From assembly GCA_963665115.1 (NCBI GenBank), contig OY762007.1:8480001-8544000 (forward strand): a DNA stretch of 64,000 nt, written 5' to 3'. The notes under the pieces are model-generated. The model made no database searches. It was not told the origin of the DNA and saw only the letters and a list, made by a program, of their open reading frames with translations. The position numbers and the translations under genes were made by a program. This document shows positions 10,976-21,395 of this stretch, one piece after another. The stretch is from an uncultured Rivularia sp. (lineage in GTDB: Bacteria; Cyanobacteriota; Cyanobacteriia; Cyanobacteriales; Nostocaceae). Within the stretch, counting starts at the first letter, position 1. Each line of letters starts with the position of its first letter.

Positions 10976-11800
10976 TCATGCACCGGCAATGTTAATTGGG
11001 CCATCAACGTTTCCACTCATAAATTGTCGAATAGAAGGATTTTCTGTGGTGTCAACTTCGGAGACTTTTCCTTCCCACTGCACTTTACCTTGATAAAGAA
11101 ACACAACTCTGTCAGCAGTACGACGAATTGTACTATGTTGGTGGGTAACGATAGAGTAGCTGCTACAAGTTCCGTTTGCACTTTGCAACTGCCGAATTAA
11201 ATCTTCGATTACCGTCGAAGCAATGGGGTCTAATCCGGCGGTAGGCTCATCGTATAGCAAAATTTCTGGTGTTTCCTCGGGCTTGTCAGGATTAGACATA
11301 ATAGCACGAGCAAAACTTACGCGCTTCCGCATTCCTCCAGAAAGTTCTGCGGGAAATCGATCCGCAACTCCGGGTAAACCTACCATTTCCAATTTTTCGT
11401 CAACCAACTCTCGAATCCTTTTTCTAGAAAGATTTGAATGTTGGTAAAGCAAAAAGCCAATATTTTCATCTACTGTTAGCGAGTCGAATAAAGCCGCTTG
11501 CTGAAAAACCATGCCAATTCCAACTGCATCGGCTCCATCTTCTATCAAACCTTCTCGTCGCACCCCTTGTACATAAATTTCTCCTTCATCGGCAGGAGTT
11601 AACCCGGCAATTATCCGCAGAATAGTAGATTTCCCAGTACCGCTAGGGCCAATTATTCCTAATGCGTCTCCCCGGTGAATTGTAAAATCTACTTTATCTA
11701 AAATCTTGTTGCTACCAAACGACTTGGAAACACCTTTTAATTCAATTAGTGGTTGTTCTAATGGTTGTTCTAGTGGTTGTTCTAATATTTGTTCTGTCAT
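10976..11800 (-). CDS. mlaF: MlaF-type ABC ATPase
   Basis: GPSGTGKS, LSGGMRKRV, LLYDEPTAGLDP; upstream of mlaD. Confidence 0.9.
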   Translation of the reverse strand: MTEQILEQPLEQPLEQPLIELKGVSKSFGSNKILDKVDFTIHRGDALGIIGPSGTGKSTILRIIAGLTPADEGEIYVQGVRREGLIEDGADAVGIGMVFQQAALFDSLTVDENIGFLLYQHSNLSRKRIRELVDEKLEMVGLPGVADRFPAELSGGMRKRVSFARAIMSNPDKPEETPEILLYDEPTAGLDPIASTVIEDLIRQLQSANGTCSSYSIVTHQHSTIRRTADRVVFLYQGKVQWEGKVSEVDTTENPSIRQFMSGNVDGPINIAGA

Positions 11801-11902
11801 TACTACATTGTGAAAGTAGGTGGATAGTGGTTAGTGGATAGTGGATAGTGGATAGTAGCTTTTAACAACTAACAACTAACAACTAACAATCAACAACTAA
11901 TA

Positions 11903-13441
11903 ATGGAAAATTTTGATGTCATAGTCATTGGTAGTGGTATCGGTGGGCTAACTGCTGCTGGATTACTCAGTCGTTACGGAAAGCGGGTAATAGTCTGCGA
12001 AAGCCATACAGTAGCGGGTGGTGCTGCTCATAACTTTCGACGGCAAGGATTTGAATTTGATTCTGGCCCTTCATTCTATTGTGGACTTAGTGACGCTCGA
12101 AGTTTGAATCCTGTAAAACAAGTCCTCGATATTTTAGGCGAATCTCTCCAAACTGTACCTTACGATCCTCTCGGACACTATCATTTTCCTGAAGGTAGTT
12201 TTGCAGTTTACTGTAATTACCAGCGTTACCGGGAAGAAGTGGCTAAAATTACGCCCCAAGGAGCAAGGGAATTAGCAGAATTTGAAAAACGTTTGTTGCC
12301 GCTATATGAAGCGATGAAAGGTATTCCGACTTTGGCTTTGCGGGCTGATTGGCAGTTAATTCCGATTTTATTAAGTCGTTATTTACCGTCTTTATTAAAA
12401 ATGCTGCCCAATTTGCCTTTAGTACAAAGTTCTGTGGGTTCTGTGATGGATGCCACGGTTAAGGATTCTTGGGTAAGACGACTAATCGATCTTGAATGCT
12501 TTCTATTGTCAGGTTTAAAAGCAAGCGGCACCATTGCCCCGGAAGTAGCATTTATGTTGGGAGAACGTTCTAATACTGCAATCGAATATCCTTTGGGAGG
12601 TGGTAGCGCAATTATAGATGCTTTGGTTAACGGGTTGAAAAAATGGGGTGGGGAGTTACGCTTGGGATGTCATGTAGAAAAAATTATTGTAGAAAATGGT
12701 CAAGCTGTAGGAGTAAGATTATCCCCCCAGCCCCCCTTAAAAAAGGGGGGTGAAGAAGTTATAAAAGCTCCGATAGTAATTTCCAACGCTACAATTTGGG
12801 ATACTTACAGCAAATTATTACTTCCTGAAGATTTACCAGCATCTTACCGCCAAGCAGCTTTAGATACTCCCGCCGTGGAAAGCTTTATGCATTTACACTT
12901 AGGCTTTCGCAGCGAAGGTTTAGAAAATTTGACGGGACATCATGTAGTAGTTCACGATGCTCAAAAAGATATTAGCGTACCGGGAAACACCTGCATGATT
13001 TCTATTCCTACTGTTTGGGATAGTTCCTTAGCTCCAGAAAACCATCATGTAGTTCACGCTTATACCTTGGAACCATTTGCAGGATGGGAGAAAGATCGAC
13101 GTTATGAAGAGAAAAAGAAAGACAAAGCCCAAACCTTATATAGAGCCATAGAAAAAGTAATTCCAGATATTAGAGAGCGTGTGGCTTTAGAATTAATCGG
13201 TACGCCGTTAACTCATGCTCGTTATTTAAGAAGATATCGGGGAACTTATGGTCCGGCGATCGCAGCAGGTAAGGGGATGTTTCCCAGCCAAAGTACGCCT
13301 ATCAAAGGATTGTATCGTGTTGGTGACAGCACCACGCCGGGTATTGGAGTTCCTGCGGTGGCTGCTAGCGGTATTTTGTGCGCGAATTCTTTGGTGAAGC
13401 GGGAGCAGGTGATGGAGTTGGTGGAATCTTTGAATTTTTAG
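11903..13441 (+). CDS. Phytoene desaturase / carotenoid isomerase-like FAD oxidoreductase
   Basis: GSGIGG Rossmann motif, FEFDSGPS, GTPLTH, GDSTTPGIGVPAVAASG. Confidence 0.85.
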   Translation: MENFDVIVIGSGIGGLTAAGLLSRYGKRVIVCESHTVAGGAAHNFRRQGFEFDSGPSFYCGLSDARSLNPVKQVLDILGESLQTVPYDPLGHYHFPEGSFAVYCNYQRYREEVAKITPQGARELAEFEKRLLPLYEAMKGIPTLALRADWQLIPILLSRYLPSLLKMLPNLPLVQSSVGSVMDATVKDSWVRRLIDLECFLLSGLKASGTIAPEVAFMLGERSNTAIEYPLGGGSAIIDALVNGLKKWGGELRLGCHVEKIIVENGQAVGVRLSPQPPLKKGGEEVIKAPIVISNATIWDTYSKLLLPEDLPASYRQAALDTPAVESFMHLHLGFRSEGLENLTGHHVVVHDAQKDISVPGNTCMISIPTVWDSSLAPENHHVVHAYTLEPFAGWEKDRRYEEKKKDKAQTLYRAIEKVIPDIRERVALELIGTPLTHARYLRRYRGTYGPAIAAGKGMFPSQSTPIKGLYRVGDSTTPGIGVPAVAASGILCANSLVKREQVMELVESLNF

Positions 13442-13461
13442 GTATCTGGCGGTTTTGGCGA

Positions 13462-13497
13462 GGTACATTCGGACGGGCAGGGATGCCCATCCCACAA
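13462..13497 (+). repeat. Repeat family C (GGTACATTCGGACGGGCAGGGATGCCCATCCCACAA); identical copy at 22244-22279, interrupted copy at 58513-58592
   Basis: Direct sequence identity between copies. Confidence 0.85.
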
Positions 13498-13570
13498 AAG
13501 TATCTGGCGGTTGAAACCGCTGCTACACAAACGAAACCCAGCTGCGTGGGTTTAAATTTAAATCTATAAT

Positions 13571-14209
13571 TTAAATCTGACAGATTGCTTTGAGTACCTG
13601 TAATAATTCAACTGCTCGTTTTGGTTCCATTAAGTTTAATAATGGCATCAGATAATAAATTGTCGGATTTCCCTGTTGTATATATACAAATTGATAATAT
13701 TGTCCGTTGGAAACTAATCCCCAAACAGATTTTTGATTCTGCAAGCTTTCATAGGCATATGTTAGCAGTTGAGGTAAACCTACAGTTGGTGAAATGCTGC
13801 AATTTTTAGATTCAACTACTAATAACAAAAAATATGTTTTATCTTTTATTTCTATAAATTTATTTACAAAGATAATATCAAATTTAGCAGTAAGTTTTAT
13901 ACCTTCGTCTTCCGTTATAAATTCACCGATATTTTCCTCTGAATTAACTAGAATGGAATGAGAACGAAAGAAACCTGACAAATGCATTAAAGGAGCAATT
14001 ACAAAAAATGACACATCTCCTTCATCAACTTGTCTAGTAGTAAGTAATCTATCAAATTTATTTCTAATCTGTAAAAGTTCCTGCTGTTCTAATTCTGTTA
14101 AACGCTCTAGAGATAATAAGGAAGCGAACGAGTCATTATAATCTTCTTGAAATCCGAGAAGACGCTGAACATCTTCTAACGATAAATTACGAGCATTGAG
14201 AAGAGTCAT
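13571..14209 (-). CDS. Restriction endonuclease-like PD-(D/E)XK protein (HsdR N-terminal-like, cyanobacterial)
   Basis: FDII...LVVESKN...GLPQLLTY...WGLVSNG. Confidence 0.7.
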   Translation of the reverse strand: MTLLNARNLSLEDVQRLLGFQEDYNDSFASLLSLERLTELEQQELLQIRNKFDRLLTTRQVDEGDVSFFVIAPLMHLSGFFRSHSILVNSEENIGEFITEDEGIKLTAKFDIIFVNKFIEIKDKTYFLLLVVESKNCSISPTVGLPQLLTYAYESLQNQKSVWGLVSNGQYYQFVYIQQGNPTIYYLMPLLNLMEPKRAVELLQVLKAICQI

Positions 14210-14570
14210 GATTATATTAGTGTTATTTAATTATTTACTTGTGTAACTAATTGCCACAGTATTTTTGAATTTATCTTATTTGATTATTGAAAAATTTATT
14301 AATGCAGGATAAGCGCATCTACCAAAAGAGATGGAAATGAAAAGTTTAATTTGATCGAATCCGATTTATTCTCTTTCTTCAGATAGAAGTGATATACAGT
14401 AAAGTTATCTAAACTACAGATTAACAAAAGTTTATATTCAGTTTTCCTAAGCATTAACTTGCTGTTAAAAATGAAAATTATTTTCGATGGTGATTGAATT
14501 AGGAAGCAGTCTTCAATTAATGATTGCTGCAAATTGAATATATAACTGTATTAAGGAGATTTGCAGATTA

Positions 14571-15145
14571 TGAGTAGACTTAAAAATAATAGCGTGACTG
14601 CTAAAAAAGGTTTAAATATCGGTAATTTAATTAAGAAAATTGGTAAAACAAACGGCGCGATCGCAATAGCATTTTTGGCTTTAGTACTTCCTGCTTGCGA
14701 TACAAACGATAAGATAGGTGAAGTAGAACCAGTAGAACAGCCAGGAGCGACAAATACAGGAGATACAGCAACTACGCAAGTCCCCCCAGATACAACAGGT
14801 GCAGGGGAACCAGATATGCAGGTTAATACGCCTGAAGGTGCGGCATTACCTAACGCGGAATTAATTGGAGAGACTGTAACAGTTAGTACCAAAGTAAAAG
14901 AAATTGTTGGTCCAAAAGCATTTATCGTTTACGATAAAGAATCTCTACGCGGACAAGATGTTTTAGTAGTGAGCAGTCAAGATGCTCCTCCTGTTGGTAC
15001 AAATATCGAAGTAACTGGAGTAATCGAGAACTTTGACGCTGCGGTAATCAAGAAAGATTACGGTTTTGATTTTACTCCAGATTTAGTTCAGCTTTATACG
15101 AATAAGCCTTATCTAGCTGCTAAAGCAATGGAAAAAGTAGATTAA
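14571..15145 (+). CDS. Lipoprotein of unknown function
   Basis: Lipobox LVLPAC after a hydrophobic stretch; P/T-rich linker and beta-rich C-terminal domain; AAGGAG upstream. Confidence 0.75.
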
Positions 15146-15176
15146 TTTTTTCTAGTTTTAAAAATTTGAAGTATAT

Positions 15177-15209
15177 AGAAACCTGGTTTTTTGGAAAAAC
15201 CGGGTTTTT
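15177..15209. repeat. AGAAACCCGGTTTCT-type palindromic repeat pair; also at about 17043-17108, 26013-26078, 26223-26257
   Basis: Recurrent palindrome occurring in pairs. Confidence 0.7.
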
Positions 15210-15242
15210 GGATTATTAGAAGTTAGATAGTATAAATCATAA

Positions 15243-15575
15243 TCAAGCAACAGCATAACCTGTATGTGGTCTAACATTAGGTGGATGAAAACCTAAAACA
15301 ATTTTATCTTTAGGAATTCCAGCTGCTTCTAAGTCGTAAGTTACACCATCTTCCGTATCATCTCGCTGCACCCATATTTTGCCATCAATAATTTCTAGAT
15401 GAATTAAACAACCGTGAATTCGTTTTGGGCCATGCCATCCTAAAGTTACTATACAATAATTATCATTTTCGCTATCAAAAACCGTTCTATATTCAATCTC
15501 TCCATAAGAATAAGGAATTTTGGTATATTCAATTAACGTTTCTTTGATAATATTTTGATAATCTAAGGTATCCAT
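15243..15575 (-). CDS. xisI: XisI-family protein with no adjacent xisH
   Basis: GW...RIHGCLIHLEIIDGKIWVQRDDTE...GIPKDKIVLGFHPP. Confidence 0.9.
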   Translation of the reverse strand: MDTLDYQNIIKETLIEYTKIPYSYGEIEYRTVFDSENDNYCIVTLGWHGPKRIHGCLIHLEIIDGKIWVQRDDTEDGVTYDLEAAGIPKDKIVLGFHPPNVRPHTGYAVA

Positions 15576-15743
15576 TGTGATTGTTTAATATTTTTTTATT
15601 TTCTCACACACATCTGGGAATGCAATTCCAAGGCGGTATTGAGAATGGTGCCAGATGTGAGATAAATAGGACTGATAAAATATATAATCTATTGTACAAA
15701 TTTCTTCTATTCACTGTTCCCCGTTGCCTTTTCAACCGATCAC

Positions 15744-17009
15744 CTAACACCAAATCCCCACAACTTTCCCTTTTAATTCTTTCCCCAGCCACGGTGTATT
15801 GCTCGATAAACTATGCAAATTTCTACTCTCAATTTTCCAAGTTTCCTGGGGATTAAATAAAGTTAATTCGGCTTTTTCACCAACTGCAATTTTACTCAAA
15901 CTTTGCTTTATACATTCTGCTGCATTTGTAGAAAGCGCTCTCCATAATTCCAAAGCTGTAAATTCACCTGTTTCTACCAAATTTTTCCACAACAAAGGTA
16001 ACGCTAATTCCAAACCTATGGCTCCTGGAGGTGCTTGAGCAAAAGCTACGGTTTTTTCTTCGTAAGTATATGGTGAATGATCGATCGCTATGGCATCTAA
16101 AATTCCTTCGCTCACTCCCCGACGCAATGCCATCATATCTTCTGGATTACCCAAGGGTGGCTTTAAATTTAAGGCTGTATGATAACTTTTTACAGAAGAA
16201 GTATCGAATAACAGATGCATCCAAGTAGTGCTAGCGGTGATGGGTAAACCTTTGGCTTTGGCATTTTCGATTAATTCCACACTTCTAGCTGTAGAAACCC
16301 GCATGATATGAGTCGGCGTGAATGTGCTAGCAACTAATTCGAGTAAAGCGGCGATTGCTGAAGTCTCCGAAATTGCCGGATTTCCCGGTAAACCCCATTG
16401 AATCGAATCCGCACCCTCACGCATAATTCCATCTGAGGAAATATTGCGATCGCAACACCAAAAAGCTGCGGGTTTTCTCAATGGTTGCAGATATTCCAGC
16501 ACTCGACGTACTAAGGCTAAATTGTTCAAAGCTTCACCATCAGTAAAACCAACAATTCCCGCATTTTTTAAATCTGCTAATTCCGTCATTTTTTCACCTT
16601 TAACATCTTTGGTAATTGCACCCCAAATGTTAAGCAGAGGAAGAGACGAGGAATTTGAACCTTTACGAAGCTGCTGCAATTGTGCGACAACTGCGGGATT
16701 ATCAATAGTTGGAGATGTATCCGGTAAAAGAGTAACACGAGTGAAACCACCTGCCGCAGCAGCTTTGAGCAGAGAAGCAACAGTTTCCCTTTCTTCAAAA
16801 CCTGGTTCCCCAGAATGACTGTACAAATCAACCAATCCAGGGCCTAAAATTAAAGATGCACAATCACGAATAGAAGTATCATCGGGGATATCAGAAATTT
16901 TATCCGCAACTGACTTAATATAACCATCTTCAATCAACACATCAGCAACTCTATCGGTATTAGATACAGGATTAATAACTCTTACTTTTTGTAATAATTC
17001 TTTTGTCAT
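15744..17009 (-). CDS. pyrC: Dihydroorotase-like protein (PyrC/PyrC' type)
   Basis: PGLVDLYSHSGEPG, AAAAGGFT, IAIDHSP, APPGAIGLE, NTPWLG. Confidence 0.85.
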   Translation of the reverse strand: MTKELLQKVRVINPVSNTDRVADVLIEDGYIKSVADKISDIPDDTSIRDCASLILGPGLVDLYSHSGEPGFEERETVASLLKAAAAGGFTRVTLLPDTSPTIDNPAVVAQLQQLRKGSNSSSLPLLNIWGAITKDVKGEKMTELADLKNAGIVGFTDGEALNNLALVRRVLEYLQPLRKPAAFWCCDRNISSDGIMREGADSIQWGLPGNPAISETSAIAALLELVASTFTPTHIMRVSTARSVELIENAKAKGLPITASTTWMHLLFDTSSVKSYHTALNLKPPLGNPEDMMALRRGVSEGILDAIAIDHSPYTYEEKTVAFAQAPPGAIGLELALPLLWKNLVETGEFTALELWRALSTNAAECIKQSLSKIAVGEKAELTLFNPQETWKIESRNLHSLSSNTPWLGKELKGKVVGIWC

Positions 17010-17178
17010 ATTGTTAGTTGATAGTTGCTAATAGTGTTGCATAAACCGGGTTTCTATTCATGGGATATCGAATATTTTTATGCTTAATTGAGAAGAAACC
17101 CGGTTTCTGAGGTTTTAACATTAAGTTAATAAATCACTTCTTACTGATAATTGATAATTGATAATTGTTAATTGTCTT

Positions 17179-18531
17179 TCACACCGCTCCAGTTACAGTT
17201 TCATCGAATACGCTTCCTGTTAAATAAGAAGTAAAATTAATTCCTTGCACTACAGGGAAACTATCTAACCCTTTGGGGTAATCAATTACATTTAAAGAAC
17301 AGTTGCTCTGACGAAAATTCCAAAAATGTTCTGCTGATAATCCTAAAATATGACAAAGTAAAATTTGATTGGTACCTCCATGAGCAACTATTAATACGGT
17401 GTTTAATTTATCGGTTAATGCTGCTGCAATAATTGACTCGTAAACTTCAACTGTACGCTGCCAAACTTGCTGAAAGTTTTCTCCCGCAGGCATTTGGAAT
17501 TGTTCTGGTGTTTCTCGCCAACGCTGCAATTCTCCAGGGAATTCTTGCTCAATTTCTGTCTCTAATTTTCCTTCCCAAAAGCCGTGAATTATTTCTTTAA
17601 ATCCATCGTTTAATTCTAATTTAACGCCTTGATGCTGCTGTAATATAATTTCTGCGGTTTCTTTAGCACGCAACAAGGAACTACTATATGCTTTGTCTAT
17701 AGATACATTTTTGATAAATTCAGCGACTTTCTTTGACTGCAATTTACCATTCTCATTAAGTGAAATATCAACTTGTCCTTGATACCTACTTTCCTTATTC
17801 CATTCAGTTTCTCCGTGACGGACTAATAATAATCTAATTCCTCGATGATTGGGACGCAATGGAGGTAAAGTTGCTCCCATATGTTGGATTTGATTGAATG
17901 ATTCTATCTGAACTTTTTCATCTAGATTCCCAACAAAATTGAGGACGTTGATGCAACAATTAGATTGCTGAATGCGCTGCATATAACTGGGAGCAATTTT
18001 AATCGCAGTTTGAATTAAACATCGATTGATACAGCTATGAGCAACTACAAGAATAGTTTGATTTTGATGTTTGGGTAAAATTTCTTGCCAAAATTCTTTT
18101 GCTTGTTCGTATAGTGCCAAAACCGGAAAATATTCGACGGTTGTTTCACCATCTTGAACGAGCATTCGCAACTTGTCGGGGTTTTCTTTCCAAATTTTAT
18201 GTTCTTCGGGAAAATTTTCTTGTATTTCTGTAGAAAGCATTCCCTCCCACAAAGGTAAGTGAATTTCCTTGATTTTTTGATTTACTTGCAGAGCGGGAAT
18301 ATCACCTAAATTCGCTTTGATTTCACCGTGGATAATTTCTGCGGTTTGTTTTGCTCTTTTAAGGGGACTGCAATAAATCGCATCGAATGAAATATTACTG
18401 AGTGCTTTACCTACTTTTCGCGCATCACTACAACCTTTTTCTGTTAATACCGATTTATCTAAATGTCCTTGAATGCGTCTAACGGTATTATAAGTGCTTT
18501 GTCCGTGGCGTACTATAATTACTCGCGTCAA
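17179..18531 (-). CDS. Double-domain histidine phosphatase (phosphoglycerate mutase / phosphoserine phosphatase-like)
   Basis: Two RHG motifs (VRHGQS, VRHGET), SPLKRA/SSLLRA, VAH; TTG start behind AGGAGG assumed. Confidence 0.85.
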   Translation of the reverse strand: MTRVIIVRHGQSTYNTVRRIQGHLDKSVLTEKGCSDARKVGKALSNISFDAIYCSPLKRAKQTAEIIHGEIKANLGDIPALQVNQKIKEIHLPLWEGMLSTEIQENFPEEHKIWKENPDKLRMLVQDGETTVEYFPVLALYEQAKEFWQEILPKHQNQTILVVAHSCINRCLIQTAIKIAPSYMQRIQQSNCCINVLNFVGNLDEKVQIESFNQIQHMGATLPPLRPNHRGIRLLLVRHGETEWNKESRYQGQVDISLNENGKLQSKKVAEFIKNVSIDKAYSSSLLRAKETAEIILQQHQGVKLELNDGFKEIIHGFWEGKLETEIEQEFPGELQRWRETPEQFQMPAGENFQQVWQRTVEVYESIIAAALTDKLNTVLIVAHGGTNQILLCHILGLSAEHFWNFRQSNCSLNVIDYPKGLDSFPVVQGINFTSYLTGSVFDETVTGAV

Positions 18532-18645
18532 AATTCCCCTCCTTTCTCTCAAGAGATAATTCTACTTGAAAGTGGGTAAAATTTGGGAATTGGGCATTGG
18601 GCAGGAAATGATTAATATATTTTGTTCTAAATATAGAATCAAAAT

Positions 18646-18671
18646 ATTTAACCCGCAATCGCGGGTTAAAT
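18646..18671. terminator. Hairpin, probable terminator of the 18727-19176 gene
   Basis: ATTTAACCCGC-aatc-GCGGGTTAAAT perfect stem. Confidence 0.55.
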
Positions 18672-18726
18672 TGTCCTAAATTAATTTTAAAAGTTCACCT
18701 GGAAATATAAAACGGTTATTTAGCAG

Positions 18727-19107
18727 TTATCTCACATTCTTCCGTTTCTCGGTATTAGTCAAATCAAACTGCACCTGAAATCCATCATTACCGTTAAGGC
18801 TTTCTTCTCCAGGTTCTAAATATACAGGTGTATTGTTGATTTGAACTTGCTCTCTAATTCTCCGAAAATCACCCGTATTTTGCTGTATACTACTATCCAC
18901 AGATGCGCTCGAAGGTTGAGCGTTAAAAAAGATGGGAAAATCTTGATCGGCTGTTCTTTGGTTGATTCCCATCAAAGAATCACCAGATAAAGTATAGCCT
19001 TTGCCATTTGTATTTCTGGAAGACTGGGCGCTAACAGGATTGGCAATACTTGCGACAGTTGCTGCTATTCCTAAAACAGCTAAAATCTTAATTCTTAACG
19101 TTATCAT
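18727..19107 (-). CDS. Secreted hypothetical protein (start uncertain, up to 19176)
   Basis: MITLRIKILAVLGIAATVASIANPVSAQ signal peptide; GGAG upstream. Confidence 0.65.
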   Translation of the reverse strand: MITLRIKILAVLGIAATVASIANPVSAQSSRNTNGKGYTLSGDSLMGINQRTADQDFPIFFNAQPSSASVDSSIQQNTGDFRRIREQVQINNTPVYLEPGEESLNGNDGFQVQFDLTNTEKRKNVR

Positions 19108-19356
19108 CCACACTCCGTTATATCTCTGCGATAATTTACTTATAAAATATTCAGTCGCCATTATATGCGACTCCATCTTAAAAAACCTTAGTCTATATAC
19201 CTATTTTATCAGGTTCTTATTTGCTTGGTGATTTGAAATTTTTATTGTGTCAATGATTGCTAATTATTTTAATTTTTGTTACGTAGATAGATTGATTGTT
19301 CTAGGGAGCAGTGATAAGCAAATAGTAGAAAGAATTAATTTGTTTTAAGAGGATTT

Positions 19357-21177
19357 TTAAATAGAAAACACAATTGTAAAAGTTGTTTGTCCGGCTTGAC
19401 TATCTAATTGGACGGTTGCATCTAAAAGTTCTACCAACTTCTTTACTAAAGCTAACCCAATTCCGGTTCCTCCATGCTTCCAGGGGTCATGAGAGGGAAT
19501 GCGATAAAATTTTTCAAAAATAGATTGTTGTTCTTCTACAGGTATTTCTATTCCCGAATTACTAACGCCCAGATAAACTTTACGATCTTTTTCTTCAGCA
19601 GTGACGCTAATTGTTTCTTGCGCTGGAGTGTATTTACAGGCATTGGTAATTAGTTCGTTAATTACCCTTTCTAAGAGAGAAACATCTGACTGTAGCGGAG
19701 ATATTTCTTCAGGAATATTAATAACTAACTGTTGCTGTTGTCGTTCGGCTTGCTCTTTAAAAGGCTCTACTATTTGAGGAATAAACCTTTGTAAATCAAT
19801 CAATTCAGGAACTAAAGTGGCATTGTCAGCATCAAGATAACAAAGTGTCAGTAAGTCGTTAACCGATTTATTTTGTTGCTGACAAGAACCTTTAAAAATC
19901 TTGAATACGCGCTGAAATTGCTGGGATTGAAGAGCTTTTATATCTTGAGTTTCAATTAGTTTTTCTAAAGTTTGTGAAGCTAGTAATATACTAGTCATCG
20001 GGGTACGTAGTTCGTGAGAAATGCTTTTCAGAAAATCGTCTTTAAGATTATTAAGTTTTTCCAGTTCTTTTATTTGAGCTTGAGATTTTTCGTAAAGTCT
20101 GGCTTGACGAATGGCGATCGCGCACTGATTGGCTACTTGTTCGACTAAGTTTATTTCTAATTCGTCAAATACTTCTTCTTCAACTTTAAGTAACCAGAGA
20201 TTGCCTAAAATACCTTGGTCATCAAATATCGGACAAACCAGTCGATTTACTCGCTTTTTACTAAAATTAAGTTGAGGAATTCTTTCTACAAACTGGAGAG
20301 ATTGTTTCTGTAATAGCTGTTCGTAAAGTTCTGGGTAGTCTGCTACTTGTTTGGTTATTCCCCGGTGAATAGGCTGCGTTGCTTTATATTCATAAACAAT
20401 AGTTGCTAATGTCTGAGAATTATCGTAGAGTTCGATTTTGCAGCGTTCAATATCTAAAATCTGTCCCAATTCTTGGGTTACTTTCTGTAATATATGAGTT
20501 TCATCTAAACTATCTCTAATTTTCTCGGTAACACGCCTGATTAATGCTTCAAACTGAACCGCTTTTTCTAATCTTGCAGTACGACTTTTAACTTTTCTTT
20601 CTAAATAAGTATTGAGACTCTGCACTCGCTGATAAAGTTCGGCTTGTTGCACTGCGATTCCAACATGATTTGCCAAAAGTTTTAGCAATTCAATTTCTGA
20701 TGACTTCCATTTACGAGCAGATTTACAATGTTGAACAATTAAGAGTCCCCATAACTTTTCCTCTGCGATAATAGGCACTACTAAATTAGCTTTGACATCA
20801 AAATTCGCGAGAAAATTCACGTAACATAAAGTCAATTCCTCTGCTTCAATATCTTCTATAACTTCAACTTGCCCCTGTCTGTATTGTTCTATATGTTGTT
20901 CGTTAATCCAAGAATCATCAATTTTGGAACCAATCACAGCGGTATAGGGTGCAATCGCCGATTCAGCAATCATTAACCCGCTCCAATCTTGCTCAAAACG
21001 GTAGACTAACACCCTATCAGTTTGCAGAAATAATCTAACTTCTTCTACAGTCTGGTTGATTATAGAATCTAAATCCAACGACTGCCGAATTCGCAGGGCG
21101 ATCGCTCCTAACAATCGTTCCCGCTCGACTTGAGATGCAAATATTTTTTTGTGGGCTTCTGAGATCGGTTTAGACAA
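19357..21177 (-). CDS. GAF-GAF sensor histidine kinase; first GAF is cyanobacteriochrome-like
   Basis: DRVLVYRF...ANLVVPI GAF, SHELRTPMT H-box, NACKY N-box, GGTGIGL G2-box. Confidence 0.9.
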   Translation of the reverse strand: MSKPISEAHKKIFASQVERERLLGAIALRIRQSLDLDSIINQTVEEVRLFLQTDRVLVYRFEQDWSGLMIAESAIAPYTAVIGSKIDDSWINEQHIEQYRQGQVEVIEDIEAEELTLCYVNFLANFDVKANLVVPIIAEEKLWGLLIVQHCKSARKWKSSEIELLKLLANHVGIAVQQAELYQRVQSLNTYLERKVKSRTARLEKAVQFEALIRRVTEKIRDSLDETHILQKVTQELGQILDIERCKIELYDNSQTLATIVYEYKATQPIHRGITKQVADYPELYEQLLQKQSLQFVERIPQLNFSKKRVNRLVCPIFDDQGILGNLWLLKVEEEVFDELEINLVEQVANQCAIAIRQARLYEKSQAQIKELEKLNNLKDDFLKSISHELRTPMTSILLASQTLEKLIETQDIKALQSQQFQRVFKIFKGSCQQQNKSVNDLLTLCYLDADNATLVPELIDLQRFIPQIVEPFKEQAERQQQQLVINIPEEISPLQSDVSLLERVINELITNACKYTPAQETISVTAEEKDRKVYLGVSNSGIEIPVEEQQSIFEKFYRIPSHDPWKHGGTGIGLALVKKLVELLDATVQLDSQAGQTTFTIVFSI

Positions 21178-21395
21178 AAATACTCAATCCACAATCTATA
21201 ATTACAATTCGTTTGAAAATTTAATATTTTCTTTACTATCTTAACATTCTTTGTAACAAAATATTATTGTTTGTTGCTTATTTTGAACAACTTAGACCGA
21301 AGTCAATCATTAACAAATGCTTAACTAAGGATTGACAGTTAAATTATCATGTTACGTTTTATTAAGGCAAACTAAAAAAGCACTCTTGTCAAAAA

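Noticed and set aside
14318..14387. TCTWTC-N4-GATAGA-like palindromes upstream of the lipoprotein gene
   Set aside because: Only one good match in AT-rich DNA; not distinguishable from chance without comparative data
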